A DNA stretch of 64,000 nucleotides from Ranitomeya imitator (GCF_032444005.1 NC_091282.1:655898001-655962000); one strand, 5' to 3'. Shown: positions 11,476 through 23,729, counted from the stretch's first letter. A program made the numbers and translations. Notes: generated by a model from the sequence alone, not told the origin.

Positions 11476-12956
11476 GTAGGATTCTGGCTATTAGGAGCAG
11501 TGCCTAGTAAAAAGGCTATAAAGGCACAGATGATTGGCCTCGGGGAGACCAAAACATCCAACACCGCGGAGACACCATCACGTGTTTCTCAACGCAGTGA
11601 TTCCAGAACACTGCCCCCATCCCTTATGGGAAATATGCAGATGCATGTAAAGAAGCTGCGGAGACACCATCACGATGCTGCCCTTCCCGTGGTTGTTCCT
11701 TCCCGGGGAAAGGCCTGGCTATTCACTGCTTGCGTCGAGAAACACGTGATGGTGTCTCCGCAGCTTCTTTACATGCATCTGCATATTTCCCATAAGGGAT
11801 GGGGGCAGTGTTCTGGAATCACTGCGTTGAGAAACACGTGATGGTGTCTCCGCGGTGTTGGATGTTTTGGTCTCCCCGAGGCCAATCATCTGTGCCTTTA
11901 TATTGTGGTGTAACGCAGTCCGTTAATGCTGCCATTAACCCCCATTATCGAGCGCATCGCCAACGCATGCCATAATGGGCATGCGCTAGCGATGTGCCGT
12001 CATTCTGTGACGGACCCTTGGACACGTGCTGCAGCGTTTCCGGGTCCGTCACCGCTAGTGCAGATAGAGCATCTGCGCTAGTGCGATCGCATACCGTGAT
12101 CTTTTTCGGCACTTGCATTAACGCAGTCTGTTTAACGCATGCATTGAACGGACTGCAGTAACGCAATGTGAACCCAGCCTTATCGATACCTAAGCCATGA
12201 AGGAGTCACTGGTATAACCTTCTGAGGTCAGGTTATTGATCTCCAAGAGCAAGAATGAATCAGCAGTTCAAGCCTCCGATGTTGGTTTATCAATCCCTAA
12301 GCTAAGAATTAGTCACTTGTCTAACCCTCTGAGGCCGGACTATTAATCCACAAGGCAGGACTAAGTCAGTGGTCTAACCTTAAGAGGTTGGTTTATCGAC
12401 CCCAAGCCAAGAATTAGTTTTCAGCTCAACAACCCAAGATCAGGTTATTGATGGTGGAGCAAAGAATGAGTCACCGGTTCAACCAGCTGATGTTGAGCTA
12501 TTGATCGCCTAGATAAGAATAATTCCCCTAAAGTCCCACCTCTACAAACTGAGCATGGCTCAACAGTCAACCCAATGAGATTTAGAGCTGATGAAAGGAC
12601 CGCGGATGTGTGAACAGTGCCTTGCAAGTGTCCACCAAATGTGGTCTACCGAAAAGGCCAAGACCATTGTTCTTGTGCACTGTACGCTGGCAGTAAAGTC
12701 CCATTCCCATAAATTCAACTACTCACAAAAGTCAAGTTTCTGACCCAATGCGCCAAATGCTAGAGTTCAGATTTTAAATGGCCTAAAACAGTGGGAAAAG
12801 TCTTGAAAGGATTTGGTTCAAGTTAAAATAAAATTAAGACTTTTTTGTCAATAGCAAAAATTTTGATGAATCAAAATTAGCTAATAACTAAAAGGGGGGG
12901 GGGGAGGGAGAAAGAGGACGATGATGAACTTTACATCAACCATCTTCAGCATGATT

Positions 12957-13350
12957 TAAATGAATTGTCCACTACTCAGAAACCTAGTTCTCAATTATAA
13001 TTCCTCTTATAACAAACAACTCAGATGTCGTTACAGTGATGTCAGAACTAGCTCTCCCATTGCTCCTGTTTTTGTCATGCAAGCCCTGCAGCCAATTGGC
13101 ATTATTTTCATTCTCACTTTCTTTGGACACAACGGACATTCGGAAAAAGTCAAAGAGCAACAGCAGCTCTGACTTCTGTCCGTTTCATGTGAAGTGAGAA
13201 TGAACCGGCCTCTGAACGGCTGCAGTGCTCACTTGACATGAGCAACCGGAGAGTCAGTGCAGACGTCACTGGAAGGCTGCTGGAAAAGGATTTGAAGGGG
13301 GACTATAGCAATTGAGAAGGGGTTGTTCAAGTAGTGGCCAACCCCTTTAA
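12957..13350. mobile_element. Degenerate TTAA-flanked Kolobok/T2-type MITE
   Basis: Left TTAAATGAATTGTCCACTACT and right AGTAGTGGCCAACCCCTTTAA are imperfect inverted ends. Confidence 0.4.
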
Positions 13351-14963
13351 GTGCACCTTCCCATTTACTTTTTTCTCTTTATTTTTTTTTGATTGACAGC
13401 TCTGGCTTTATAAATCTAGAGAAGGGTGGAGATAAATAGAAATCGAGCAAATGGAAAGTGCACTCAAATATTTGGCCACACCAAGGGTGCTCCAAGCACC
13501 TGTACTTGATCTGAACAGTCCTTCTGTGTTGATACCACTCCCTTTAATGATTATTCCAGGCACACATCATTAGAATGTGGCAGTCACGTCCACCATCAAG
13601 CTGTCAGACCAGCGAAATCAAGTGACAATTTACATTCTGTCTCCATAGCAACGGCTGCTGAAAACGCATCTCGACAAGTGCATGAAATCAACAGCTTTGA
13701 CACAATTCTTCCTGAATTCTATCTCTTTATCACGGCAGACTCTTGAGGGATGGGTGACTATTGTACAGCACTTGGTGAGCCCATAAAGATGACTTTTGCA
13801 ATAACATTTGACATTTTAAATATTTAAAATGTACAAAAAAAATCCAGTGCACAGTTCCACATTTAACAAAAGTCTTTATAAGTCTGCTCAGATGTGCTTC
13901 AGCTAATCGATAAGGCGTGAGTGGACCCCACTTTTCCGATATTAACAGCCTATTCTAAGAAGTCACTCATATTTTTCTGCTGGACAAACCTTTTAAGCAC
14001 TGAAGAGTCACATGGGAAGTGGAGGATTCCAGCACTTGAAATGGGAGCAGGAGCATGGGCAGTGTTTTGATAGAGCCACCGCCAGACGCATCAGCAAAAA
14101 GGCAGAACTGGCCTGTAATTACACATCTAAACCTGTGGAACCGCCCACTTGACTCTTCCGGCCCAAATCAGTATTCTCTTTAGTATTGCACATGTGTACA
14201 ACGTCCAATCTTATAGGTATCCATTGGTGCAACACAAAATTACAGCTTAAAAGAATCAATTGTAGATCCGAAACACCCCCTTTCTACCCCTCTGACTCCA
14301 GAGAACAGGAATGAGCCTATGATTATTTTTCCAGGGGTTTTCCAGGGTAGACATTTATTTTTCTTTATCGCTTCATTGGGGGACACAGATAACCGTGGGT
14401 GTATGCTGCTGCTAGGAGGCTGACACTATGCAAAAAAGGAAAAGAACAATAGCCCCTCCCCGGCAGGCACGGAGCACCTCAGTTTGTGCTTAGTGTCCGT
14501 AGGAGGCGGACCTGGATCTCCCAGATCTGCAGCTAATCATTTTTTGCTTTCGCAGGTTTGTTGTGTTTTACTAATTATTTTGTTTTTCAGATTCAACTTC
14601 TAGGGAATCATGGTGTTAATTCACTCTGCCTTCCCATTATTAGCGGCTGAGCGAGCAGTGTGGTGTCACCCACATCGCAACACTCAGGCCTGCTGGCAGG
14701 ACATTTCTCCCCTGGGCCTTCATTGGTGCCTCAGGGTGAGTTTGGTGGCCGGACCTTGCCGAATTTCCTCCTCACCCCTCTCCTCGGAGAGGGCTGAGAG
14801 GGAGACGGTAGTCACCAGCGGTGACTTTCCCCCCCCCCCCTTTTTCCCTAAGGGGGTTGATGCCGTCTCCTGGAAGAGGGCTCTTCTCTCCAGCGTCCCT
14901 GCCTTCCCTTGGGCCCCTGGACGACCCTCATACGGCGCTGAAGATCAAGGTAATGAAGATATA

Positions 14964-16575
14964 CAGTTATATGAAAAAGTTTGGGCACCCCTAATCTTTT
15001 ATAAAAATTGTTTTTTTTGCAACAGCTATTTCAGTTTCATATATCTAATAACTGTTGGACACAGTCATGTTTCTGCCTTGAAATGAGGTTTATTGTACTA
15101 ACAGAAAATGTGCAATCTGCATTCAAACAAAATTTGACAGGTGCATAAGTATTGGCACCCCACCAGAAAAGGGACATTAATATTTAGTAGATCCTCCTTT
15201 TGCAAAAATAACAGCCTCTAGTCGCTTCCTGTAGCTTTTAATAAGTTCCTGGATGAAGGTATTTTTGACCATTCCTCTTTACAAAACAATTCCAGTTAAG
15301 TTTGATGGTCGCCGAGCATGGACAGCCCTCTTCAAATGATCCCACAGATGTTCAATGATATTCAGGTCTGGGGACTGGGGTGGCCATTCCAGAACAGTGT
15401 AATTGTTCCTCTGCATGAATGCTTGAGTAGATTTGGAGCGGTGTTTTGGATCATTGTCTTGCTGAAAGATCCATCCCCTGCGTAACTTCAACTTTGTCAC
15501 TGATTCATGAACATTATTGTCAAGAATCTGCTGATACTGAGAGGAATCCATGCGTCCCTCAACTTTAACAAGATTCCCGGTGCTGGCATTGGCCACACAG
15601 CCCCAAAGCATGATGGAACCTCCACCAAATTTTACTGTGGGTAGCAAGTGTTTTTCTTAGAATGCTGTGTTTTTGGCCGCCATGCATAACGCCTTTTTGT
15701 ATGACCAAACAACTCAATCTTGGTTTCATCAGTCCACAGGACCTTCTTCCAAAAATAAATTGGCTTCTCCAAATGTGCTTTTGCATGCCTCAGCCGACTC
15801 TGTTTGTGGCATGTTTGCTGAAATGGCTTCTTTCGCATCACTCTCCCGTACAGCTTCTCCTTGTTCAAAGTGCGTTGTATAGTTGACCGATGCACAGTGA
15901 CACCATCTGCAGCAAGTTGATGCTGCAGCTCTCTGGAGGTGGTCTGAGGATTGTCCTTGACTGATCTCACCATTCTTCTTCTCTGCTTTTCTGATGTTTT
16001 TCTTGGCCTGCCACTTCTGGCCTTAACAAGAACTGTACCTGTGTTCTTCCATTTCCTTACTATGTTCCTCACAGTGGAAATTGACAGGTTAAATCTCTGA
16101 GACAGCTTTTTGTATCCTTCCCCGAACAACTATGTTGAATAATCTTTGCTTTCAGATCATTAGACAGTTGTTTTGAGGAGCCTATGATGCCACTCTTCAG
16201 AGGAGATTCAAACAGGAGAACAACTTGCAAGTGGCCACTTTAAGTAGCTTTTCTCATGATTGCATACACCTGGCTATGAAGTTCACAGCTCAGTGAGGTT
16301 AGAAAACCAAAAAAAGTGCTTTAGTAAGTCAGTAAAAAGTAGGTAGGAGTATTTAAAACAAGAAAATGATAAGGATGTCCATACTTTTGCACCTGTCAAA
16401 TTTTGTTTGAATGCAGATTGCACATTTCATAAACCTCATTTCAAGGCTGAAACATTACTGTGTCCAACAGTTATTAGATATATGAAACTGAAATAGCTGT
16501 TGAAAAAAAAAATCAATTTTTATAAAACATTAAGCTTAAGATTAATAGGGGTGCCCAAACTTTTTCATATAACTG
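14964..16575 (-). mobile_element. Tc1-family DNA transposon (IR/DR-type long TIRs) with a disrupted transposase
   Basis: TIR CAGTTATATGAAAAAGTTTGGGCACCCCT; TA TSD (14962-14963, 16576-16577). ORF fragments contain GEGYKKLSQRF, LWTDETKIE, FQQDNDPKH and WPPQSPDLNIIEHLW. Confidence 0.95.
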
Positions 16576-17131
16576 TATCGGGGGGAAGGGGATTGTTGTT
16601 TGTATTACACGCTGGCTCCCTTCCCTCCTCTGGACTTGTCAGCGCTGCCCTGCCGTCTATTCCATGCGTTGTCCATTCAGTGCTGCGGCTCCCCTTTTTT
16701 ACTTTCACTTTCCCTCAGTTCGGGTCGGTCGGCCATGCCTCCTAATCGCCCGCGCTTTCTTGGCGCCCAGTGATATTTTAATACAGCTCACACGCCCCCT
16801 TCTGCCGCTAGGACCTATCAGGGGTTTCTCTCTTCCCGGTCATTGGCTGTGCGCTTAACCACTCCCCCCTTCCCCACGAGGCCTCTATTCCTCCTCCATC
16901 TTGGATTCTGCTTCCTATCCGGACGCTACTCCACTCGGGGGGCACAGATACCAGCTCAGCTGCAGCTCTTTCCTTCCTGTACGGTAGGCTTTCATCCATA
17001 CCCTAGAAACCCTCCCCTGCAGTATATCATACTCCGGAGGCAGCGCTGCAGTAGTTTAGACTTACACAGGCAGAGCTTTCCAACCCTTTTTATCTTGCTA
17101 TAAGCTCACAGCCTACATATGTCCAACTCTA

Positions 17132-18530
17132 TTGGGGCTTCTGTTTCCAAACCCACCATCATTCATTACGCTTGCTCACGCTGCAAGAAAAAGTGGTCAG
17201 CAGGTCAGTCGTCACCCTTCTGCCCAGCAGGAAGCTTCCGAATCTCAGGATGAGTGCACTCCCCCTCCCCCCAGAGTGGGCTGTTGCTATGTCTCAGTCT
17301 CTGACTTGACTAAAGTATCCCAATCTCTGATCCAGGCGCTTGAACAACTTCCGCATCTAGCTACAGCCACCAGTGCTCCAACAGTCTCTCATGGTGAGTC
17401 GCACGCACCTGTTATCGACCCTCAGAAGAACGCTCCGGCCGGCCATTCTAGAAAGAGGTCCCTGTCTGGCTCCTTTTCCAGCTCTCCGGGTCCCTCAGCA
17501 GTTCCCAAGCTGCTCACCTCTTCCCAATTCCCCTCTTTGGAGGAGGACCTTGGGTCGGACACAGATTCTCAGTCCGGTTCTGACTGACTCAGACCAGACG
17601 TCTGGCATACAGGCTATTGTGGATAGTCTCATCTTGGCTATCTCCCAAACGCTTAAGCTTAAACAGGACGAGGTTCCCTCACAGGATCCTTCTGTCTCCT
17701 TCAAACGGGTCAAGCGTCCTACTCGCTCCTTTTCCAATCACGAGGAATTTGAGTCTACCCTGTCTAAGCACTGGGAACATCCTGAGAAGCGCTTCCCAGG
17801 TAGAAAACACCTGGACGTATTATACCCGTTTAGTGCTGACCTTCTTGCCAAATGGGCAGAATCTCCCAAGGTGGACCCCCCGGATTCTCATCCAAGACGT
17901 TCCTGTCCTTACCTGACGGTGCGTCGCTTAAAGACGCTACGGACAGATTGAGACTCTAGCCAAATCAGCTTTCGAGGCATCAGGAGCTTCCCTCTGCCCC
18001 AGTTTCGCCTCCACCTGGGTGGCAAAGGCCATTTCCGCCTGGGCCAAGATTCTTTGACGAGGCATTTTGGCTTCCGCTTCCCCACAGGAACTGGCTGATT
18101 TGGCGGACCAGATTGGCCACGCGGGCAAATATGTTTTGGCTGCCTCCTTGGATGCAGCGGCCTGTTCCGCAAGGGCTAGTAGCAACATCATTGCTATACG
18201 CCGCATTATTTGGCTCAAAGCATGGAGCGCAGATACAACTTCTAAGAAGTGTCTCATCAACCTAGCCTTTCAGGGTTCCAGACTCTTTGGCTCTCACTTA
18301 GACCAGATAATTTCTGATGCCACGGGAGAAAAAAGTACTTCCCTCCCTCACTCTAGACCAAAACGTTTCTTCACTTTCGTCAATTTTGGACCTCTGACTC
18401 CTCTTCCCAGCAGGAGCAACCTTCCGCTTCAGGAGAGCGGAGGAGACCCTCTTACAAGCCTGCCCCCAGATGGAGAACTAAGAGCCAACCTTTCAAGTCC
18501 TCTGGCTCCCATTCCGATAGATTTCGTTCC
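17132..18530 (+). pseudogene. DIRS gag-like ORF1 remnant (split across frames)
   Basis: Fragments such as LYPFSADLLAKWAESPKVDPP and AASLDAAACSARASSNIIAIRRIIWLKAWSAD parallel the homologous text in the second DIRS (31134-31934). Confidence 0.7.
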
Positions 18531-18699
18531 AAGTGACGGATCGCCCCCACCTGGAATGACTTCCAGGGTGGGAGGCAGACTTCTTTCCTTCAAGGAAGCC
18601 TGGCTGTCTGTAGTGAGCGACACCTAGGTCAGAGAGGTAGTTGCCTCCGGTTACAAGATCGAATTTTCTTCTCTTCCAGAAAATCGTTTCTTCTTCTCT

Positions 18700-19750
18700 C
18701 GTCCACCTAAGCAACCGTCTCAACTGCCCGGGTTTCTTCAGGCCGTCTCTTCCCTGGTCACAGCTGGCGTAGTCGTTCCTGTCCCTTCAAACGAGCGTTT
18801 TTTGGGGTTCTACTCGAACCTCTTTGTAGTCCCCAAGAAGGACGGTTCCCTTCGCCCAATTCTGGATCTCAAGTTTTTGAACCACCATGTTCGACTCCGC
18901 CACTTCAGGATGAAGTCCTTGCAGTCTGTGATTGCCGCCATGGATCCCGGGGAGTTCCTGTGTTCGGTGGACATTCAGGATGAGTACCTTCATGTTTCTA
19001 TCTGCGTACAGCACCAGAGGAACCATTGGTTTGCTATCCAATTCAAGGCCCTCCCGTTCGGCCTGACGATATTCATCATCCCCTACCTGGACGATCTTTT
19101 GATCAGGGCTTCTTCTCATCGAGACGCTGCGCAAAGCCTCCAGATCTCTCTGGACACTGACTCGCCACGGGTGGATCATCAACCGGGACAAGCCCTCTCT
19201 GATTCCCTGCCAGCGTCTGTCCTTCCTGGGCATGGAATTCGACACGAACTTGGCTCGGGTCTTCCTCCCACTAGACAAGTTCTCCGGTCTCCGCAAGGCA
19301 GCCCGATCTCTCAAACACCCAGCTCCTCGCTCGCTTCTGCATGGCAGTCCTGGGAAAGATGGTTGCCTCCATGGAGGCCGTTTCCTTTGCCCAATTCCAC
19401 ACACGTCCCCTCTGTTTCTTCTCTCCACTTGGAACAGATCCATGACCGCACTGGACTGCCCCGTTCGTCTGCCTCGGCAGGTTCGGCAGTCACTGACCTG
19501 GTGGACCCTGTCTTCATCGCTCCTCAGAGGACTTTCCTTCCGTAATGGAAGAGGCAGCAAGGATACTTCATTGGGCGGAACGTCACGTTCTAGTCATTTC
19601 AGTGGTCCACATTCCGGGCGTCGAAAATTGGGCAGCTGACTTCCTCAGCTGCCAGGGCCTGGCGAGTGGTCTCTCCATCCCTCAGTATTCGACCAGATTA
19701 GTCTTCGTTGGGGCACCCCAGACATCGACCTCATGGCGTCTTGGATGAAC
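18700..19750 (+). pseudogene. DIRS reverse transcriptase / RNase H remnant
   Basis: FYSNLFVVPKKDGSLRPILDLKFLN, FKALPFGL, IPYLDDLLI, and RNase H-like HIPGVENWAADFLS; frameshifted. Confidence 0.9.
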
Positions 19751-19965
19751 CACAAGGTTCCTCAGTTTGTCGCCAGATCCCGGGACCCTCTGGCCATCAA
19801 CCACGACGCCCTGGTAATCCCAAGGTTGCAGTTTGTTTCCTTACCTGTTTCCCCCACTTCCCTTGATCCCAAGGGTAGTAAAAAAAGATAAAGTTAGAGG
19901 GGATTCCGGTCATACTCATAGCTCCAGACTGGCCAAGGTGCCCCTGGTACGCGGAGCTGGTCAAC

Positions 19966-21058
19966 ATGCTTGCGGATACCCCTTGGAGACTCCCAGACCG
20001 CTCAGATCTTCTCTCACAGGGCCCACTCTTCCACCAGAGTTCTCAGTCCCTGCTTTTAACGGCATTGGCTGTTGAGGCCACGGTTCTGAGGGAGTCTGGT
20101 TTTTCTCATCAGGTCATACAGACCATGATCAGAGCCAGGAAGCCAGCTTCTTCTCGCATTTACTACAGGTACTGGAAGGCTTTCTTCCGGTGGTGCGAGA
20201 CACACGACGTCTTTCCGATGACCTTTTCCCTTCCGGACTTTCTGGGCTTCCTGCAGTTGGGTCTCAACTCGGGTTTGTCCCTCAGTACCCTAAAGGGTCA
20301 AGTTTCCACCTTGTCCATTCTTTTCCAAAGGGACTTGGCTTCCGTCTCTCAAGTGAAGACTATTCTGCAAGGAGTTGCTCATCTTGCTCCTCCTTTTCGT
20401 CCTCCGCTGGAACCTTAAGACCTCAGTTTGGTTCTCAGTGCCCTTCAGACCGTTCCTTTTGAACCGCTTCAGGACGTCTTTTTCCTTTCTTTCCTGGAAG
20501 GTGGCCTTCCTCATTGCCATCACTTCAATTAGAAAAGTTTCTGAGTTGGCAGCATTATCCTGCTGCTCCCCCTTCCTGATTTTTCATCAGGACAAGGTTG
20601 TTCTAAGACCTGTCCCTGAATTTCTTCCCAAGGTGGTTTCCACTTTGCACATCAATGAGGATATCATTCTTCCTTCTTTTTGCCCTTCTCCTTTTCACCC
20701 CTTGGAGAAGTCTCTTCACAAGCTTGACGTTGTCAGGGCCGTTCGGATCTATCTTTCTAGAACTGCCCATTTTCGCAAATCCGACTCTGTCATTGCTGAG
20801 GGTCGCTGGAAAGACCTTCAAGCGTCCAAATCCACTATTTCTCGTTGGATTCGTTCTGCTATAACGGAATCCTACCGTGCTCGAGAGTCACAGCCCCCTC
20901 CTGGGGTACGGGCCCACTCCACCAAAGCTGTCGGTGCTTCCTGGGCTGTTCGTCACCAGGCCTCCATTTTGCAAGGCTGCCACCTGATCGTCTTTACATA
21001 CGTTCATGAGGTTCTACAGGGTTCATACCCAGACCTCGTCAGATGCAGGTTTTGGTAG
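19966..21058 (+). pseudogene. DIRS tyrosine recombinase remnant
   Basis: ARKPASSRIYYRYWKAF, LIAITSIRKVSELAAL, LDVVRAVRIYL, RAHSTKAVGASWA; frameshift near 20415. Confidence 0.9.
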
Positions 21059-21757
21059 GAAGGTACTGCAGGCAGCTGTCGCACACCGGCCAACCTGAGC
21101 CCTTTTCTCGCTTCCTTTCTACCCACCCTTTTCCGGGACTGCTTTTGGACGTCCCACGGTTATCTGTGTCCCCCAATGAAGTGATCAAGAAAGAGGGATT
21201 TTTGGTACTCACCGTAAAAAATCTTTCTTGGAGCCTTCATTGGGGTAACAGCACTCCCCCTGGTTATTTGTTCTTGGTACCGTATTTGGACCTACAAGTC
21301 CTGATTGGTACTCATGTGTCCTCAGTTATGGTTGTTTCTCCTACTGCTTTTTTCACCAACTGAGGTGCTCCGTGCCTGTCGGTGGGTGTATACTGCCGGG
21401 GAGGGGCTATTGTTCTTTTCCTTTTTTGCATAGTGTCAGCCTCCTAGCAGCAGCAGCATACACCCACGGTTATCTGTGTCCCCCAATGAAGGCTCCAAGA
21501 AAGATTTTACGGTGAGTAACAAAAATCCCTCTTTTTTGCAAAGTGTTCCCTTTATTATTCTAAAAAAAAAAAAAAAAATATATATCAATGCAAGTACTTA
21601 CGCCAAAGCTCCTGTTCCAACACCTATCAGCTTCCTTATTGCGACACACATGCCGATCATTTGGTCTCTGCTCAGAACACAACGTAGCCAGTGGCATTTT
21701 TTATTTAAAGACAGAACAATGAAGTAGGAAGGTCTGCTGATTTAATAGTCTCCTTAA

Positions 21758-21963
21758 GGCCAAGGTCACAATATCAGTATGTGGACAGTATTTTACATCA
21801 GTATTTGTTAGCCAAAATCAGGAGGCGAACAAAATCAGGAGGCGAACAATCAAAGCATAGTAGAAACATGTTGCCACCTGTGTATTTTTTAATCCACTCC
21901 TGGTTTTGGCTTACAAGTACTGACAGAAAATACTGACCGCATACTGATAGTTTGACTGTAGCC
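21758..21963. mobile_element. PIF/Harbinger-type MITE, related to the outer element at 9168-9711
   Basis: GGCCAAGGTCACAATATCAGTAT...ATACTGATAGTTTGACTGTAGCC; TAA TSD (21755-21757, 21964-21966). Confidence 0.7.
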
Positions 21964-22160
21964 TAAAAAGTAACAGACTTCAGAGTTCACAGGGTTTATA
22001 CCACCATTAGTTCAAATCGGTAATATGGAATCTGCTAAGAAATAAAAGATTACAGCAACAGTCTCACTTGGTGGCACAGTAAAGGCACAAACTTTAGAAA
22101 TAGGACTTTCCATTGACGTAGCGAAGGGAAACTTTTTTACTTTAAAATATAAAAAAGGCT

Positions 22161-22166
22161 TTTATT
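22161..22166 (-). terminator. Probable GABPB2 polyadenylation signal (AATAAA), implying a ~1.6-kb 3' UTR
   Basis: TTTATT on the plus strand about 1.57 kb downstream of the stop codon, followed on the minus strand by T-rich sequence. Confidence 0.45.
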
Positions 22167-23729
22167 GAAATATAAAATGTTTTACAAATTAGTAAAAAAA
22201 AAAAAAAAAAAAATATGTACACAATACAAGAAAATTATTTCACATTATTGACAAAATTGTTTGCGGAGCGGTAGAAAAGCAGTTCTGTAAAGAATTCTCT
22301 CCCGAATACGCCGATGCTTTATACAGGTCAGGAATGACATCATGTGACTGAACAGGGAGCAATCAATCCGATTCACTTGTTTCTAAGGTGCCACTTAGAA
22401 ACTCACAGAAGTTTTTATTCTCCATACAATGGAAAAAACAAAATGTTATAGTCCATGTGTCGCGATATATATTTTACACAGCGTATATTACACAATGCTC
22501 CATATAATTGTCTCCAGTCTCCAACGTATAAATAACTTTCATACAAACTATATCACATACAAGATTTTATTTAAAAGCGTGGCAATTTTTTTTTTTAATT
22601 TGGAGGATTTTGTGACTCTGCAGTTTTTTTTGTTTTTTTTATATATATATATGCCAAGGCATAAAATTTACCTTTAAAACTCCTTCAATATTATATTTCT
22701 CTCCCCCCCATCCCCCCAAGAAAGTAGATTGCGTGCATTAAAGCAGAGAATGAGGCGAGACATGGTGTTCTATAAAAAAAAAAAAAAAAAAAAAAAATTT
22801 GACCTCTCCATGAAGTCTGATTATTATTTTTTGCCCGAATTGAGAAATTATATATAAATATGTTAAAATATTACATATGAATAAATTAATTACAGACTAG
22901 GGGAAAAAATATATATGAAATAATTCCCAGTGAAGTATTATACAGGGAACCTCACATTTTCAGCCCCATACTGTTCATGCTGTGGTTTATGTTTTTTGGC
23001 ATCGGCCATCATGGAGTTAAAGAACGACCACAAATATAAGCGTTATATTCCAACATCGCGGCTTTTAATGATTATTAAGAGGGCTGGGAGTAATTGCCAT
23101 GGTAACAGCCTGCAGACAGGAGAAATTGTCACCGTGGCATAACCTATGCCGGGTCTGTTCTGTCTTTTGCATTCCGCCACAAATACGAAGCATCAATCTC
23201 TCGTCTCTGGAGTCCCAAGTGGGACTACACATGGATCCTTCTGGGATGCAAACCAATATGGAACGGAACACAGCTGAGCTCACAAGCACCATATTTTAGT
23301 TTCACTTTAAAACTACAAGTCCCAGCATGACCGATTACCAACGGCTGGGAAACCAGCATTTTGTGCAGTGATGGCTAGGTGATGTATATTGCAGGGAAGA
23401 AGGAGTAGAGGGGGATGCAGTGACAAGCGCTGCTGGAGAATATATAAATATAGATCAGTCTATATACAGTATATATGTACATTTACAGTGAGGCTCTGCC
23501 ACATCCACTGCGGACCACCATCAGGAGGCCAACGCATCCCAGAAGCAGAGCTGTGTCCACCTTCTGCCGTTCATGATACAGGATTGCATTAGTAGTGTGA
23601 CTAAGGGGCTATTCTCCGGCGGACCCTCGCACCTCACCAACCTAAGATTCACCCAACTCTTCTGGCCTTGGACCCCAGAAAACCAGCTGGAAAGTTTGCC
23701 AACCTGCTACGATGATAGCGGCAGCTTGA

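Larger units (their letters stand above)
10944..11899 (-). mobile_element. Hammerhead-bearing tandem retroelement (retrozyme-like): ~2.1 direct copies of a 350-353-bp unit plus a ~225-bp inverted partial copy
   Basis: Unit starts GTAAAGAAGCTGCGG at 10944, 11297 and 11647. Inverted segment 11675-11899. 14-bp TSD ATATTGTGGTGTAA (10930-10943, 11900-11913). Confidence 0.88.
10874..12179. mobile_element. PIF/Harbinger-type MITE hosting the retrozyme insertion
   Basis: 17-bp perfect TIR GGCTGGGTTCACATTGC / GCAATGTGAACCCAGCC; TSD TTA (10871-10873, 12180-12182). Confidence 0.88.
10590..12500. repeat. Degenerate ~60-bp tandem repeat (CTCTGAGGCTGGGTTATCGAT..TAAGCCAAGAATGAGTCA), split by the MITE at 10874-12179
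   Basis: Units on both sides (10590-10873, 12180-~12500). The reconstructed empty site GGCAGGG-TTA-TCGATACCTAAGCC restores a unit. Confidence 0.8.
14358..21535 (+). mobile_element. DIRS1-type tyrosine-recombinase retrotransposon, near full length but frameshifted; interrupted by a Tc1
   Basis: Left terminal repeat ~14358-14486 is inverted against the right repeat ~21360-21490, which has a 3' extension to ~21535. The internal complementary region ~21165-21246 matches both termini. Coding remnants of gag, RT, RNase H and YR lie between. Confidence 0.92.

Noticed and set aside
11045-11841. 101-aa and 148-aa ORFs in the retrozyme
   Set aside because: They are antisense to the ribozyme, have no recognisable domain, and the second is extended only by the inversion junction.
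10944-11899. CRISPR-like reading of the recurring GGAGACACCATCACGTGTTTCTC motif
   Set aside because: The intervening sequences are themselves repeated, there are no cas genes, and the context is eukaryotic.
11675-11899. Inversion as a sequencing foldback artefact
   Set aside because: Considered unlikely because a perfect 14-bp TSD and the host MITE resume exactly after it; read-level confirmation is still needed.
12588-12594. Other CTGATGA heptamers (also ~25944, ~33836, ~55736, and in Tc1 WTDE codons)
   Set aside because: No stem II, GAAA or NUH arrangement follows them.
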